Below, one piece after another: positions 1-9,922 of a DNA stretch of 64,000 bases. A program made the translations under genes and the position numbers. Every line of letters begins with the position of its first letter. Positions within the stretch are counted from its first letter, which is position 1. Source of the DNA: an uncultured Methanosarcinales archaeon (GTDB lineage Archaea; Nanobdellota; Nanobdellia; Woesearchaeales; DATDXC01); assembly GCA_964510025.1 (NCBI GenBank), contig CAZDZV010000001.1, forward strand, positions 165,399 to 229,398. Reading direction: 5' to 3'. Below the pieces are notes generated by a model that ran no database searches, was not told where the DNA came from, and worked only from the letters and a program-made list of their open reading frames with translations.

Positions 1-1288
1 CTGTAATATTAAACCAACCTGACGGATATTCTGAAGTGTAGATATCTAAGGATTCAGAGCAAGCTACAAACTCCCTTAGCGCAGGAGTGAATGTTACTTT
101 TGTGTTGAATGGGCCAAAGCCGCTGTGAATATCGGTAACTAGATACCTTTTCAGGAAATCCAGATTATGTCCGGAAAATTTTATGTAGTTTCCTACTTCG
201 ATCTTATCCTGGTCATTGTCAGATATATAGATATTATCGCTGCCTTTGGAGAATCCGGAACAGGGATTTATCAGGCTGCTCGATGCCAAGCCTATTGTAT
301 CTAGAAGCTTTGAAGGTGTGCCCAATATAGGAATAACGTCATGATAGACCGCCTGATCAGGCTGTTCTTCGCTCAGCACAACAACCTCTAATTCGCATCC
401 GCTATTGCCGGTATAGCCGATTATCTGTGTTGGCGATATGGATGTTGGATTAAGATTTTCGCCCTCCAAGTCCCAGAGAACAATGCCAATGGCGCTGCTG
501 TCAGAGACCTCGATAATTATGCTCCTGGTACCCTGATTTGAGACATTATCCTGGGCTGTTATCTGCAGTTCGTAAGCTCCTGCAGGGAGAATCGGTATGC
601 TCGTATTGTAGCTATCGCCAGCAAGATTAGTCATCGTATAGCTATCATAGGGCGTATCCTGCCTAATCAAAGATGCGGAAGCTCCAGTCACTTTGGTTTC
701 AGGGATGTTGTCAAGATCATCATTTATTATGGCTTCCAGCATAATCTTGTTGCCTACCTCTATATGAATAGGCTCACCTGCATAATCCGCATTGTTCAAC
801 TTTATATTGCTTATCAGGGGAGGATCTATATCTATGTAGAAATGATATGCCTTGTTGCCAGAATATATATTGGGATTGACATTTTCTGAGTCATCCATTG
901 TGCTCATGAAGAGTTCATATAAACCAGAGTCCAACTCATCTCCTAGCAACTCAAATTTCCAGACATTTGCAAATATGCAGTTTGTGCATCCGTCCCCGAT
1001 ATTGTTCATATTAGGCACCACCTGCAAAGGTGAGCTGTCTGTGGCCTTGTACCTATAATAAGCAAAATCATTATCAGAAAGGCTCACTTCAGTACCACTT
1101 CCAATAATCTTGAATTCAAGTGGGACTCTCCTGTCGCTAGCTCTCTTGAAATTTACTGTCACGTTAGGTATATAATTTATAACATCCAGATTGCCAATGC
1201 AGAAATCCTTAGAGCATTGAGCATATGCGTATATTGGGATAATTAGCAGAAATAACAGTACAATCCCAATATTCCTGTTGGCTCTCAT
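1..1288 (-). CDS. Secreted beta-rich/Ig-like surface protein, C-terminal part cut by the window edge (>=429 aa)
   Basis: Absent from the ORF track because it has no stop inside the window. My reverse-strand reading from ATG 1288..1286 stays open to nt 1: MRANRNIGIVLLFLLIIPIYAYAQCSKDFCIGNLDV... This has a Sec-type signal peptide (AYA/Q). The ATG overlaps the TGA of the 1920-aa gene (ATGA). Confidence 0.7.
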   Translation of the reverse strand, partial: MRANRNIGIVLLFLLIIPIYAYAQCSKDFCIGNLDVINYIPNVTVNFKRASDRRVPLEFKIIGSGTEVSLSDNDFAYYRYKATDSSPLQVVPNMNNIGDGCTNCIFANVWKFELLGDELDSGLYELFMSTMDDSENVNPNIYSGNKAYHFYIDIDPPLISNIKLNNADYAGEPIHIEVGNKIMLEAIINDDLDNIPETKVTGASASLIRQDTPYDSYTMTNLAGDSYNTSIPILPAGAYELQITAQDNVSNQGTRSIIIEVSDSSAIGIVLWDLEGENLNPTSISPTQIIGYTGNSGCELEVVVLSEEQPDQAVYHDVIPILGTPSKLLDTIGLASSSLINPCSGFSKGSDNIYISDNDQDKIEVGNYIKFSGHNLDFLKRYLVTDIHSGFGPFNTKVTFTPALREFVACSESLDIYTSEYPSGWFNIT

Positions 1289-4200
1289 ATTATTGTCTCA
1301 AAACCCTCGCAGTCCTGCTCTGTACAGTCCCCATAACCAAGACAGTTGCAGTCCTGTTCATTGTTGCATTCTCCATCTGAACAGTAATCCTCTACTATGC
1401 AATCCTGCTCACTGCAGTCCCCGTAGTAAAGGCAACCGCAGTCTATGGCTGGATTACATGCATTATCATCACATTGATCCTGACCGGTACATGGATCGGC
1501 ATCAGGATTTCCTCTGCAATAGTCCTTGCTTTGCTCAGTACATAAGTTTCCTTCTGTCTGGTCATTCACGATATCCACCTTAAAGCACAAGGAAAGGGAG
1601 CTGTAAAGCTCCGGATAGTCTCTTGCTGTGCAGTTTATGTGGTAGTAATGGTAGACTGCATTCCCTCCTACAAGGCAGTAATTCCCGCTGTTTTCCTTGC
1701 AGTCGTCTGCATCAACCTCATATGTGTGTGTCCCGCCTGCGGAAGAAACCATATCATCTTTAAATCTTGGGGCGATATTGTCTTCATCTGAGTGTATTAT
1801 TTCACAATCTGAAGCGAAATTCTCAGTCTCTACCTCGATTATTATCTTATTGCCATTGTCTTCGAAATCTTGTTTATTTACCAACCTTGTAGTACCGTCA
1901 ATTGAACTTATATGGGATGGTTCGAGAATGTTTATACCAAGATCCACAGAGGAATCATAATAAACATACCTGTACGCCTGGCTTGTAAGGCCGTTTACAT
2001 CTGTTGTTGCTACCTTTATCACATTTAATTGATCGCCAAGAGCAATGGTCTTCCTAAAATAGCCTGTTGGATAGGCAGTAGTGAATATATGAACCCTTAC
2101 CAGAGAGCTAGCTTGTTGTGGAAACTCCTTATCAATCACAGTAATGGTGCAGTCATTACCAAAAGGGCAGCCCATATTAGCGTTTACTGCATCCAGAACT
2201 CTGAAGCGTGGATACTCCTGTTCTCTTACACCATCTATTGTAAGTTCCAGATATTTACCATAAATCTCTGATGCCAAGTGCCCCTGCACATATAGAACAG
2301 TGTCCCTTTTTTGAGGAAGGGCAGCCAAGATAAAGGTGTCAAGCTCTACAGACTCATCTGGAGATGACATTGTGGTCTGCAAGTCATGCTGCGTGAAGCC
2401 TGTCTCATCCCAGGACGATATCTCAAGATTTATGGCTGGGTCTGTCTCTCCGATTACTGAAATTTGGGATGAATATACTGTCTCCGGCGTATGCATAAAG
2501 CTGGCTGTTATGGGCGGATTCACGATATTTATCACCGGCCTTTGAGTGTCATTCATATTTATGGTGATGATATGCTGAACCTTATTGCTGTATTCATCTT
2601 CTGCGGTGAAGTTGACAACGTAAAGGCCCAGAGGTAGGGGGGCTTGAAGTATAAATTGATAGTTTTGCCTTGAGGTATTCGAAAGCTTGTATTTGTTGTA
2701 AAGGCTGCCATCCTTATGGTACAGGCTTACATGAACAGTCTCGTTATCCACACCTATCATGTCATCTGCAAGCTGGATCCTGAAAGTAAGATTCTTGTTG
2801 TATTCGAGGTGTTCTTCCTCATCCTGATCGATAATATTGCCATCTGAGTCCCTGTCGAAATTGTCAAATATCTGGGCAGATATTACTGTAGGAGGATTCC
2901 GGTCAAGATACACCGAAGCAACAGCCTGCCCAAGATTGCCTGCGGTATCGTTTGCGTCCGCCCTTATCACGTTTGTACCGTCATAAAGGGCTACATTTTC
3001 CAGCTTATAATACCTATCTTCAGAGCCATAGCGATCGGCGATTTCACTTATTGAGTAGCCTACATCAAGTCCATTAATTGTCACCTGGACCTTGTCTGTG
3101 TCTGCCGTGGCTTCCCCTTTTATTGTGTGGTATCTAATATTTGTGACCTGTACCATATAGCCCTCTGTAGGGTGCTTCCTGGTCTGTGAAGGAACCAGTG
3201 GCTCTATCGATACGGTTGGGGCTGTATTATCAATAATCACCCTTCCGGACCTGATTCTTTCTTTGTTGCCCTGTGGATCAACAGAATAATAATAGAGATA
3301 ACCGCTTTGAGCGAAGACTATACTATCTGCGCTCTGGGATGTGGGCTGGAAATTGCATGAACCATAAGTCAAGCACTGGCCGGGCAAAGTTGATTTGAAT
3401 ATATATGTTTCAGCACATCCTCCCTGCCCAGATATGCCGGGAACTCCGGCAATGTGTTTATCATTGCATTCCAAAGGCACTGAAACATGGTCTAATCCTG
3501 AATCAAATTTATGCTTTACAGGACTTGATGGAGTCCAAAATTCAAAGTCCGTCGCAGTCTCTGGGGGTTCATCATCTAAGGTAAAATGATAAAATGCATA
3601 GTCATTGCCTCCGTTCAATCTCGTGCATATTGTCTTTACCAAGTATGAAACATTCCTTCTTTCAGCAGAAATGAATATCGGTCCAGCAGTATGATTATAT
3701 GAGGCACCGGCTGGCGTAATCTTCTTCTTCTGGTTCATTTGGATGGAGCCTTCGAAGAGCTTGTAAGGCAGATCTTCTGTATCAGATACAGAGGTTAGCA
3801 TACAGGACGAATTATCATACGTGGTAAGATAGAAAGATATATGGTCCTCATTCAGTATGTGCATATTAGGAAACTGCGCAACTGCATTATGATCTAGGTC
3901 AACCATAAGCTCCGCTGTTATGTTAACCTCATTGCCGACAACATCGCTGCAGTTTATTTTCATCACATAGTTTCCATCCTCAAGATTCCTGAACTTAACT
4001 GCAAATGATGTGTTGAAAGAGCTGCCAAAGTTATCCTTGACTATCCTAGCAGACTCAACCTCAGGAAACATATCATAGGAGCATTGTATAATCTCATTCA
4101 TAGAAAAGAGTTCAAATGTGGTATAGTTATAGCGTCCTTCCGGCTGGGTATAATAGTTCAGGGTGATATTGGGCTTGATCCTATCAATATAAACAGCTAT

Positions 4201-7047
4201 ACTTTTTATCTGCTCGATATTATCATATTTATCTTCTGTGAAATACCTCAGGTAATATACAGATGCCTCATCAACACTATCTGCAGCAGCAGTATCCATT
4301 GGGTTAAAAGTGGTGCTCATACCGTCCAAAGATATCTCCATTTCTTGGTCAGGACAGCATAGATCTTCTTTGTCAAGACAAAACCTGAAGCTGCTCAGCT
4401 GGTCCCCGGTATACAAGGCTTCCCCATTATTTACCCTGAATGTGATTTCTCTGCCCTGCTTGTTAAGCATAGGGATCTCAGTTGTGGGCATGGTTTCAGC
4501 AGGCTTGAAATCAGCCTGGCATTCATGCCTGGCATCTGGATTGGATATATGGGAACAGTCAGCTATCCCATCCTGGTTGGCATCTTTGTTACATGTGGAA
4601 CCATCCCATCTACAATATCCTAGATCGCATGCATCATTGCTGAAGTTGACAGATACAGGACAGGTACTGTCTATCTCAACAGGCTGCTTGTTGAAAGAAT
4701 CTGATTTTATGCATGTGTTCTCAGTCAAAAAATCTTCACATCTGGTGCGCTGGGCTATCGGCTGCTCATCATATACACATGAAAAGCATGAATCGCCGTT
4801 CAGATAGCAGGCACCCAAAACATCACATATTTGCTGGGTGCATAGAGCATTCTGAAATATGTGAATATTTAGATTGGAGCACAAGCCGCAATAATCTCCC
4901 CCTCTGTTATCTGCATCATAGCAGATTCCCTTGCCTGTCTCTGAATAGGGTGTTGGCTTCCACTGGCACCCGTTGTTGGTCCCTGATGTTATTTTTCCGC
5001 CTGCTTTGCAGTTGTCTTTCAAGCATGCTTCCTCTGATCTATAGTCATAGCAGGAAGAGACAGCGTTGCAGTCATAACAAGTATCAACTGTAGTGTCAGA
5101 ATAATCATAATAGCAGAAAAGATTTTGAGCTTCACAAGCTTCCCAGTTATCCTTTACAACGAAAGCTGTAAAGAACAAGCCAAATGGGTTTCTAAAGTCA
5201 GGGGTGCAATTCTTGGATAAGTCCATACGGGCGCAGTCTGTTCTTCCATCAGGATCAGGCCCTATGCACCTATTGGTAATTTGGTCTGTATCGTATGTTC
5301 TGCAGTCAGAGTTTACCCCCCCTGTTGATGCGGGTATGATCTCATTGTTGCCTGTGCACCTGTACCTAAGCACAGGAAGATCACTTTTTTCCAAATCTGA
5401 GTCCAGGCAAAATTCATGATCATTTGTTTGGGTTATATCCTCACAGTATGGGTGACCCAAAGCTATAGTTGCGCTTGTGTTTTCACTAATGTAGCCTGGC
5501 TTTCCTGGTTCCCCATAATGGACCCTGATTATATATTCATAAGAAGATTGCCAGCTGACATTATCGTCTATCAGCTCCAGGTTGAGAAGTGCGGGAGAGC
5601 TTTGTATCTGCTTTGGACCTGACGCAAATGCCGGAACCCTAAACAGCTCGTAATGGTCTACCTTTCCTGTATGATCAGCGCAAGGATTTGACCACCTCAG
5701 CCGTACTGCTTCAACACCTTTTATGTGCTCTGCTCGGAAGTCAGACGCTCCTGGAGGATGACTGCTGTCGCATTCGTCCTCAACCAACGGAGTCATGGGG
5801 TAGTTCTTCGTCAACGTCCCCTCACCTGGGGGTTTCTCGTTTATGGCTTCGAAATCAATTATGTTTGGATAATAGTTAGGATGGGTTATGGTAATCGTAT
5901 AGCTAATATGCAGGGGGATGTAGTTAATACGGTACTCACCGGCACTATCTGTCATCGCCTTAAGATCGGGTGTTATCTTAACCTCTGCCCCAGGGACATG
6001 CGTGCTCGGGCTTCTGATATCATAGACATATCCTTCAAGGTTAAAATATTCGCCAGAACAAGGTGCATTCCTAGCTCCATCGGCACAGCACCATTTCTCT
6101 TTATCTATCGTATCTGCGGGATCATAAGGAATGCCGTTGCACCAGCATCTCTGCTCCGGATTGATGCCTATCTTCTCATTGGGCCTGCATTGGGGTCTTA
6201 GGCATTCCTCACCGCAAGGTACAGTCGGGCAGGTAGCATAAAGATCTGACAGGATATCTGGGCATTGCCAGCTCCACTCACAGCAATCTGTGTACATAGC
6301 GGCACATTCCCTGCAGCATTGGGGCTGGGCTGGATCAGAGGAGAAACAGGCGAAATCACCATCTGGGTAGGAAGGTTCATTACCTGCGCATGCATCGCAG
6401 CATTCAAAATAATCTCCTGCTTCCTGATGGACAATGCAGTCATTTTCTGGGGGACAAGGATCTTCATTCGGATTAAGACGCCACGTATTGTCCCAACAGC
6501 AGTAGCCGTTGTCATGAACTTCGCCTCCACAGTAACATCTTTCTCCTGCAGGGATCCATGCGCCTTCTGCGCAGTCAGGAATAAATTCTATTTCCTGGCA
6601 TAGGGAGTTGCATGTTGCAAAATCATCATAGTATTGCTCGTTTATCCAGCAGTAATATTTATTGCCTGGAACTATCCCTGATTGACCAATACAGGTGGAA
6701 GGATTTAGGATGCAGTTATCATTGCATGATGCGATGGTGCCTCCGCAGCCTAGTGTTTCTGCGCACAGCGCCTCTTGCTTGTCAAAGGCTGTCCCCTGTT
6801 TGACATTTTCGCATATGCCACGTCTTATGTATTCATAATCATCACCGTAGCAGCAGCATACATAGTCGCATTCGCTTACTTCATTGCATGATTTGCTGAA
6901 ATAGTTGCCTGTGTAGACATCGCAGTCCAAGGCATCATATTGCTCAGTACAAAGACCTATGGCTTCGATATAGCAACATTGGTCAGCGCTAACAGTGATG
7001 GCTAAAGCTGCCAAAATCAGGAACAAGGTTATAGTGGCCTTATTCAT
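1285..7047 (-). CDS. Giant (1920 aa) cysteine-rich secreted surface protein
   Basis: Single uninterrupted ORF with signal peptide MNKATITLFLILAALAITVSA/DQ. The first ~330 aa and last ~90 aa are extremely Cys-rich, with tandem DC[GN]CL[YG]YGDC[ST]EQDC at the C-terminus. GYVYDIRSPSTHVPGAEVKITPDLKAMTDSAGEYRINYIP resembles a carboxypeptidase-regulatory-like beta-sandwich. The middle is long and beta-rich. Confidence 0.85.
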   Translation of the reverse strand: MNKATITLFLILAALAITVSADQCCYIEAIGLCTEQYDALDCDVYTGNYFSKSCNEVSECDYVCCCYGDDYEYIRRGICENVKQGTAFDKQEALCAETLGCGGTIASCNDNCILNPSTCIGQSGIVPGNKYYCWINEQYYDDFATCNSLCQEIEFIPDCAEGAWIPAGERCYCGGEVHDNGYCCWDNTWRLNPNEDPCPPENDCIVHQEAGDYFECCDACAGNEPSYPDGDFACFSSDPAQPQCCRECAAMYTDCCEWSWQCPDILSDLYATCPTVPCGEECLRPQCRPNEKIGINPEQRCWCNGIPYDPADTIDKEKWCCADGARNAPCSGEYFNLEGYVYDIRSPSTHVPGAEVKITPDLKAMTDSAGEYRINYIPLHISYTITITHPNYYPNIIDFEAINEKPPGEGTLTKNYPMTPLVEDECDSSHPPGASDFRAEHIKGVEAVRLRWSNPCADHTGKVDHYELFRVPAFASGPKQIQSSPALLNLELIDDNVSWQSSYEYIIRVHYGEPGKPGYISENTSATIALGHPYCEDITQTNDHEFCLDSDLEKSDLPVLRYRCTGNNEIIPASTGGVNSDCRTYDTDQITNRCIGPDPDGRTDCARMDLSKNCTPDFRNPFGLFFTAFVVKDNWEACEAQNLFCYYDYSDTTVDTCYDCNAVSSCYDYRSEEACLKDNCKAGGKITSGTNNGCQWKPTPYSETGKGICYDADNRGGDYCGLCSNLNIHIFQNALCTQQICDVLGACYLNGDSCFSCVYDEQPIAQRTRCEDFLTENTCIKSDSFNKQPVEIDSTCPVSVNFSNDACDLGYCRWDGSTCNKDANQDGIADCSHISNPDARHECQADFKPAETMPTTEIPMLNKQGREITFRVNNGEALYTGDQLSSFRFCLDKEDLCCPDQEMEISLDGMSTTFNPMDTAAADSVDEASVYYLRYFTEDKYDNIEQIKSIAVYIDRIKPNITLNYYTQPEGRYNYTTFELFSMNEIIQCSYDMFPEVESARIVKDNFGSSFNTSFAVKFRNLEDGNYVMKINCSDVVGNEVNITAELMVDLDHNAVAQFPNMHILNEDHISFYLTTYDNSSCMLTSVSDTEDLPYKLFEGSIQMNQKKKITPAGASYNHTAGPIFISAERRNVSYLVKTICTRLNGGNDYAFYHFTLDDEPPETATDFEFWTPSSPVKHKFDSGLDHVSVPLECNDKHIAGVPGISGQGGCAETYIFKSTLPGQCLTYGSCNFQPTSQSADSIVFAQSGYLYYYSVDPQGNKERIRSGRVIIDNTAPTVSIEPLVPSQTRKHPTEGYMVQVTNIRYHTIKGEATADTDKVQVTINGLDVGYSISEIADRYGSEDRYYKLENVALYDGTNVIRADANDTAGNLGQAVASVYLDRNPPTVISAQIFDNFDRDSDGNIIDQDEEEHLEYNKNLTFRIQLADDMIGVDNETVHVSLYHKDGSLYNKYKLSNTSRQNYQFILQAPLPLGLYVVNFTAEDEYSNKVQHIITINMNDTQRPVINIVNPPITASFMHTPETVYSSQISVIGETDPAINLEISSWDETGFTQHDLQTTMSSPDESVELDTFILAALPQKRDTVLYVQGHLASEIYGKYLELTIDGVREQEYPRFRVLDAVNANMGCPFGNDCTITVIDKEFPQQASSLVRVHIFTTAYPTGYFRKTIALGDQLNVIKVATTDVNGLTSQAYRYVYYDSSVDLGINILEPSHISSIDGTTRLVNKQDFEDNGNKIIIEVETENFASDCEIIHSDEDNIAPRFKDDMVSSAGGTHTYEVDADDCKENSGNYCLVGGNAVYHYYHINCTARDYPELYSSLSLCFKVDIVNDQTEGNLCTEQSKDYCRGNPDADPCTGQDQCDDNACNPAIDCGCLYYGDCSEQDCIVEDYCSDGECNNEQDCNCLGYGDCTEQDCEGFETII

Positions 7048-7180
7048 GCTCCTCCTCCATACGACGCTTAATCAAGAATTCAAGGCCATGTGATCTGTTG
7101 GCGAATACCTTTGCCTTGATTTTCTTGTCTAGCCAATCCAGAAGTTCCTGATCTATAGTTACTGTAATTCTTTCCTTCAC
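7040..7180 (-). CDS. Small ribbon-helix-helix (CopG/Arc-like) DNA-binding protein, 46 aa
   Basis: Below the ORF-track size cutoff; read by hand. GTG 7180..7178 gives VKERITVTIDQELLDWLDKKIKAKVFANRSHGLEFLIKRRMEEEHE*. This shows the beta-strand/helix/helix pattern with the typical (F/Y)xNRS motif of CopG-type RHH proteins. Its 3' end overlaps the ATG of the 1920-aa gene by 8 nt (ATGAATAA). Confidence 0.55.
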   Translation of the reverse strand: MKERITVTIDQELLDWLDKKIKAKVFANRSHGLEFLIKRRMEEEHE

Positions 7181-7447
7181 TATCGAAGCCTCATACTATA
7201 GCATATTATTACATATCTTGAATTATTTTATATTATTTAGTATGTTATATTTAAATCTTTTTATATATCTTTCTGATGCATTTTATTACTTATTATTGCA
7301 TATTTTTGATTATTATTGCTTTTTATTAATTATGAAATAAGTATTATTTAAACTTTATTATTTTCTTTAGTATGTTAAAAACTTATTATTTCTTATTATT
7401 ACATATAATGTATGTATAATTTATCCTAACCATATCAATCTCGAGTA

Positions 7448-9805
7448 TTAATAGTGTGGAGAACAGTGACCAAAGGTGCAAGGATAGCCTTCTGCTGGAT
7501 CGCAGCATGCATTACAGGTTTTCCAATGATAGTCATTTCCAACCTCACAGCAATCATGCGATCCTGGACACCGCACCTGGAGTTTTATATCCTGGTAATC
7601 AGAAAGGCCCTCACTATCTGTGACAGTGATCCTGACCCAGTGATACCCAACATCTTCAGCAGTAGTCTGCAGGTTTGCATCTTTGAATAATTTTGAGCTC
7701 GTGTTAAAGCCATTTTTGTAGTAGTCTGAATTTTCCCAGTAGTTCATTGGAGTAGGCATACCCCCATAGACATGACTGCCGCGCCAGAAAGCTGGTGGGT
7801 GGTTGGTGTCTTGGTAGTATTCCCAGTGCTCATAGGAGAGGTTAAATATAGACATGTTGGTCTTCCAACCCGAATATTTGAAGCTTAGGTTTTCATCATC
7901 CGGATCTTGACCGAAAGGAAAAAACTCTATCTCCTGGCCTGCGTCCACAACAACATTATACCCCTTTGGATTTGGATGCATTGCCGTCTTGTTGTAAACC
8001 TGGGCGATTTTCTTCTGGTAGAAATGGTCAGTATAGTTGCTGTAGAAATAGCTGGCATTTACTGACTCATCAATATAATCAAGAGCAGGAATCCTGTTTT
8101 CCACTGCAAGAAGGAAGCTCAAGGGCCTTCCATCTATTATTGAGCTATTGTCGATTATTTTAAGTATATGGGAGTGCTGATAGTGAGCGTCCAGGTCTTG
8201 GCATTGAGGAACATAGAGATTATCCTTGCAGTAGCTGTTTTCAAGAGCTATGACAAAGGTGTTTCCTGGGTTACAGGGATAAGGAAAGATTGTCTTTGAC
8301 TTGTTTACTACAAACTTACAGTCTGCAGGATCATCTGAAAAATTAAAGAATATATTGTTAGAGTCTGCAGTAGGAATATAGTTGCTTATCCAATCCTTAT
8401 GGCCTATTATATGCTGTGCCAGTTCGTGTACTTTCTTGAATCTGACATCCAACGGAAAATTAAAACTGATCATTTTTGTAACTGGCGGCTTTCCGGCGAT
8501 ATTGACTGTTATTGGATAGTACAGAAGCACCAGCAGATCCTCTTCACCGAAAAGAACATCTGCTGTCATTTCGCCTTCTGTTACGTTATACCTGTATATC
8601 TGCCTGAAATAACTGAAATTGACACATTCTTTTGTCCTGTTGGCTATAAATTGGGCCAACATAGTCTGCACTGAATCGTTATGTATTGAATATGTCTCGC
8701 AGGTATATGTTGCCTTCGAATAGTTAAAATAGTTGGGGCCAACTACATTGCACAATTTCGGGAATACCTGGTAGTCCTGATTGTGGTAAGAAAACAGGCC
8801 GTAGTGGTCTATCGGCGGAAAAAAAAGCGAATCATTGTATTTCTCCACTGGGTCAATCACCAAAGAAGTGTTGTAGGGATATAGCGGAATATCTAGATTG
8901 AATATGTCAATTCTTGGCACAGGAGCCTTTATGCCGTAGCTTACATGGTGAATATTATTTTCCTGCCTGTATGGGACCATATCGTTGGATACAAGGGGAT
9001 TTGTCATGGTAGGCTGAAAATATGACCTTGCTCTTATCTCTTTTAAATTAAGGGAGGTGTTGTAGATTGCTACTTCATCTATAGTTCCGTTAAAGTAATT
9101 TCCTTCGCTGTCTTTGCCTATCAACAGGCTAGCTGCATTATCTATTGGCGTTACTGTTATCGCATTTGAATAATCCATTGGATTTCCATCTATGAAGAGG
9201 GTCAGTTTTTGGTTTTTTGTCAACGTACAAGCAACATGATGCCACAACCCATCAGCAACTGTGGCTGATGCAACTGTCACTTTCCTGAGCCCATTACTAA
9301 TTGAGCATTGTATCTGGTTGTTGTTCAGAGACAAAGAAAAATATCTGCCTGAACCATTCTTTTCCAAGATTGTCTGGTCTTCTTTGTAGTTAGTGTTGAT
9401 CCATGCAGTGATAGTGAAATTCTCCAAAGCCAATGTTTCGTCATGACTTACTTCTATAAAGCTTCTATAACCATCAAATCTATAGGCAGCATCGAAGACA
9501 CCCTGAATTGTCCACTGCATGTCATTAAGTATTCCATCATTTTGGAGTGCATGATCTTGTGTGATAAGCGAGGTATTCTGGTCAAAAGGAAGGTATACCA
9601 CAAGATTCTCATGTTTGCTTGGTTTTCCTATCTGCTCATCGTAAATGCGGCCTCCCTGCAAAGCAGCAAGCCTTATGGCATTTTTTGCCTGTATCTCAAG
9701 GCAATTCTGCACATATTCTTTAATGAGCGTGGTCCTCAAGAAATCCTTGAATACCTTATCAGCCTGGTCTTCCTCCTGGGCCAGCTTATCAGATACATAG
9801 AGCAA
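7448..9805 (-). CDS. LamG/concanavalin-A-like lectin domain surface protein (785 aa from TTG; true start probably further upstream)
   Basis: FDGYRSFIEVSHDETLALENFTITAWIN...GLWHHVACTLTKNQKLTLFIDGNPM...LLIGKDSEGNYFNGTIDEVAIYNTSL is a classic LamG_3 pattern. The C-terminal GYHWVRITVTDSEGLSDYQDIKLQV is PKD-like, followed by a Cys-rich tail. The track start is a TTG. The 39 in-frame codons upstream (9806-9922) encode a signal-anchor-like helix (see findings). Confidence 0.8.
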   Translation of the reverse strand: MLYVSDKLAQEEDQADKVFKDFLRTTLIKEYVQNCLEIQAKNAIRLAALQGGRIYDEQIGKPSKHENLVVYLPFDQNTSLITQDHALQNDGILNDMQWTIQGVFDAAYRFDGYRSFIEVSHDETLALENFTITAWINTNYKEDQTILEKNGSGRYFSLSLNNNQIQCSISNGLRKVTVASATVADGLWHHVACTLTKNQKLTLFIDGNPMDYSNAITVTPIDNAASLLIGKDSEGNYFNGTIDEVAIYNTSLNLKEIRARSYFQPTMTNPLVSNDMVPYRQENNIHHVSYGIKAPVPRIDIFNLDIPLYPYNTSLVIDPVEKYNDSLFFPPIDHYGLFSYHNQDYQVFPKLCNVVGPNYFNYSKATYTCETYSIHNDSVQTMLAQFIANRTKECVNFSYFRQIYRYNVTEGEMTADVLFGEEDLLVLLYYPITVNIAGKPPVTKMISFNFPLDVRFKKVHELAQHIIGHKDWISNYIPTADSNNIFFNFSDDPADCKFVVNKSKTIFPYPCNPGNTFVIALENSYCKDNLYVPQCQDLDAHYQHSHILKIIDNSSIIDGRPLSFLLAVENRIPALDYIDESVNASYFYSNYTDHFYQKKIAQVYNKTAMHPNPKGYNVVVDAGQEIEFFPFGQDPDDENLSFKYSGWKTNMSIFNLSYEHWEYYQDTNHPPAFWRGSHVYGGMPTPMNYWENSDYYKNGFNTSSKLFKDANLQTTAEDVGYHWVRITVTDSEGLSDYQDIKLQVRCPGSHDCCEVGNDYHWKTCNACCDPAEGYPCTFGHCSPHY

Positions 9806-9922
9806 AAAACCAAAAATTATCAGGATTACAATACCGAGTAGAAAGAAGATTGTTATTTGAGATTTTAAGGAAACCTTAATCGCCTCTTTTTTGCTAAACA
9901 GTGGACTAGAATAATTTAAATC

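Noticed and set aside
1278-6803. Many plus-strand ORFs of 60-165 aa (for example 1278-1583, 4310-4807, 4713-5093, 5725-6201, 6265-6603) and one minus-strand ORF in another frame (6198-6530)
   Set aside because: All lie entirely inside the uninterrupted 1920-aa minus-strand gene. Their translations are low-complexity or Cys/Ser/Leu-rich nonsense with no motifs. They are typical shadow ORFs of a long GC-richer gene.
7181-7447. The AT-rich repeat-containing spacer as a second replication origin or a CRISPR leader/array
   Set aside because: It has no TTCC-N3-GGAA ORB dyads and no adjacent initiator gene. The repeats are only 12 nt, occur twice each and are not regularly spaced. No cas genes occur anywhere in the window.
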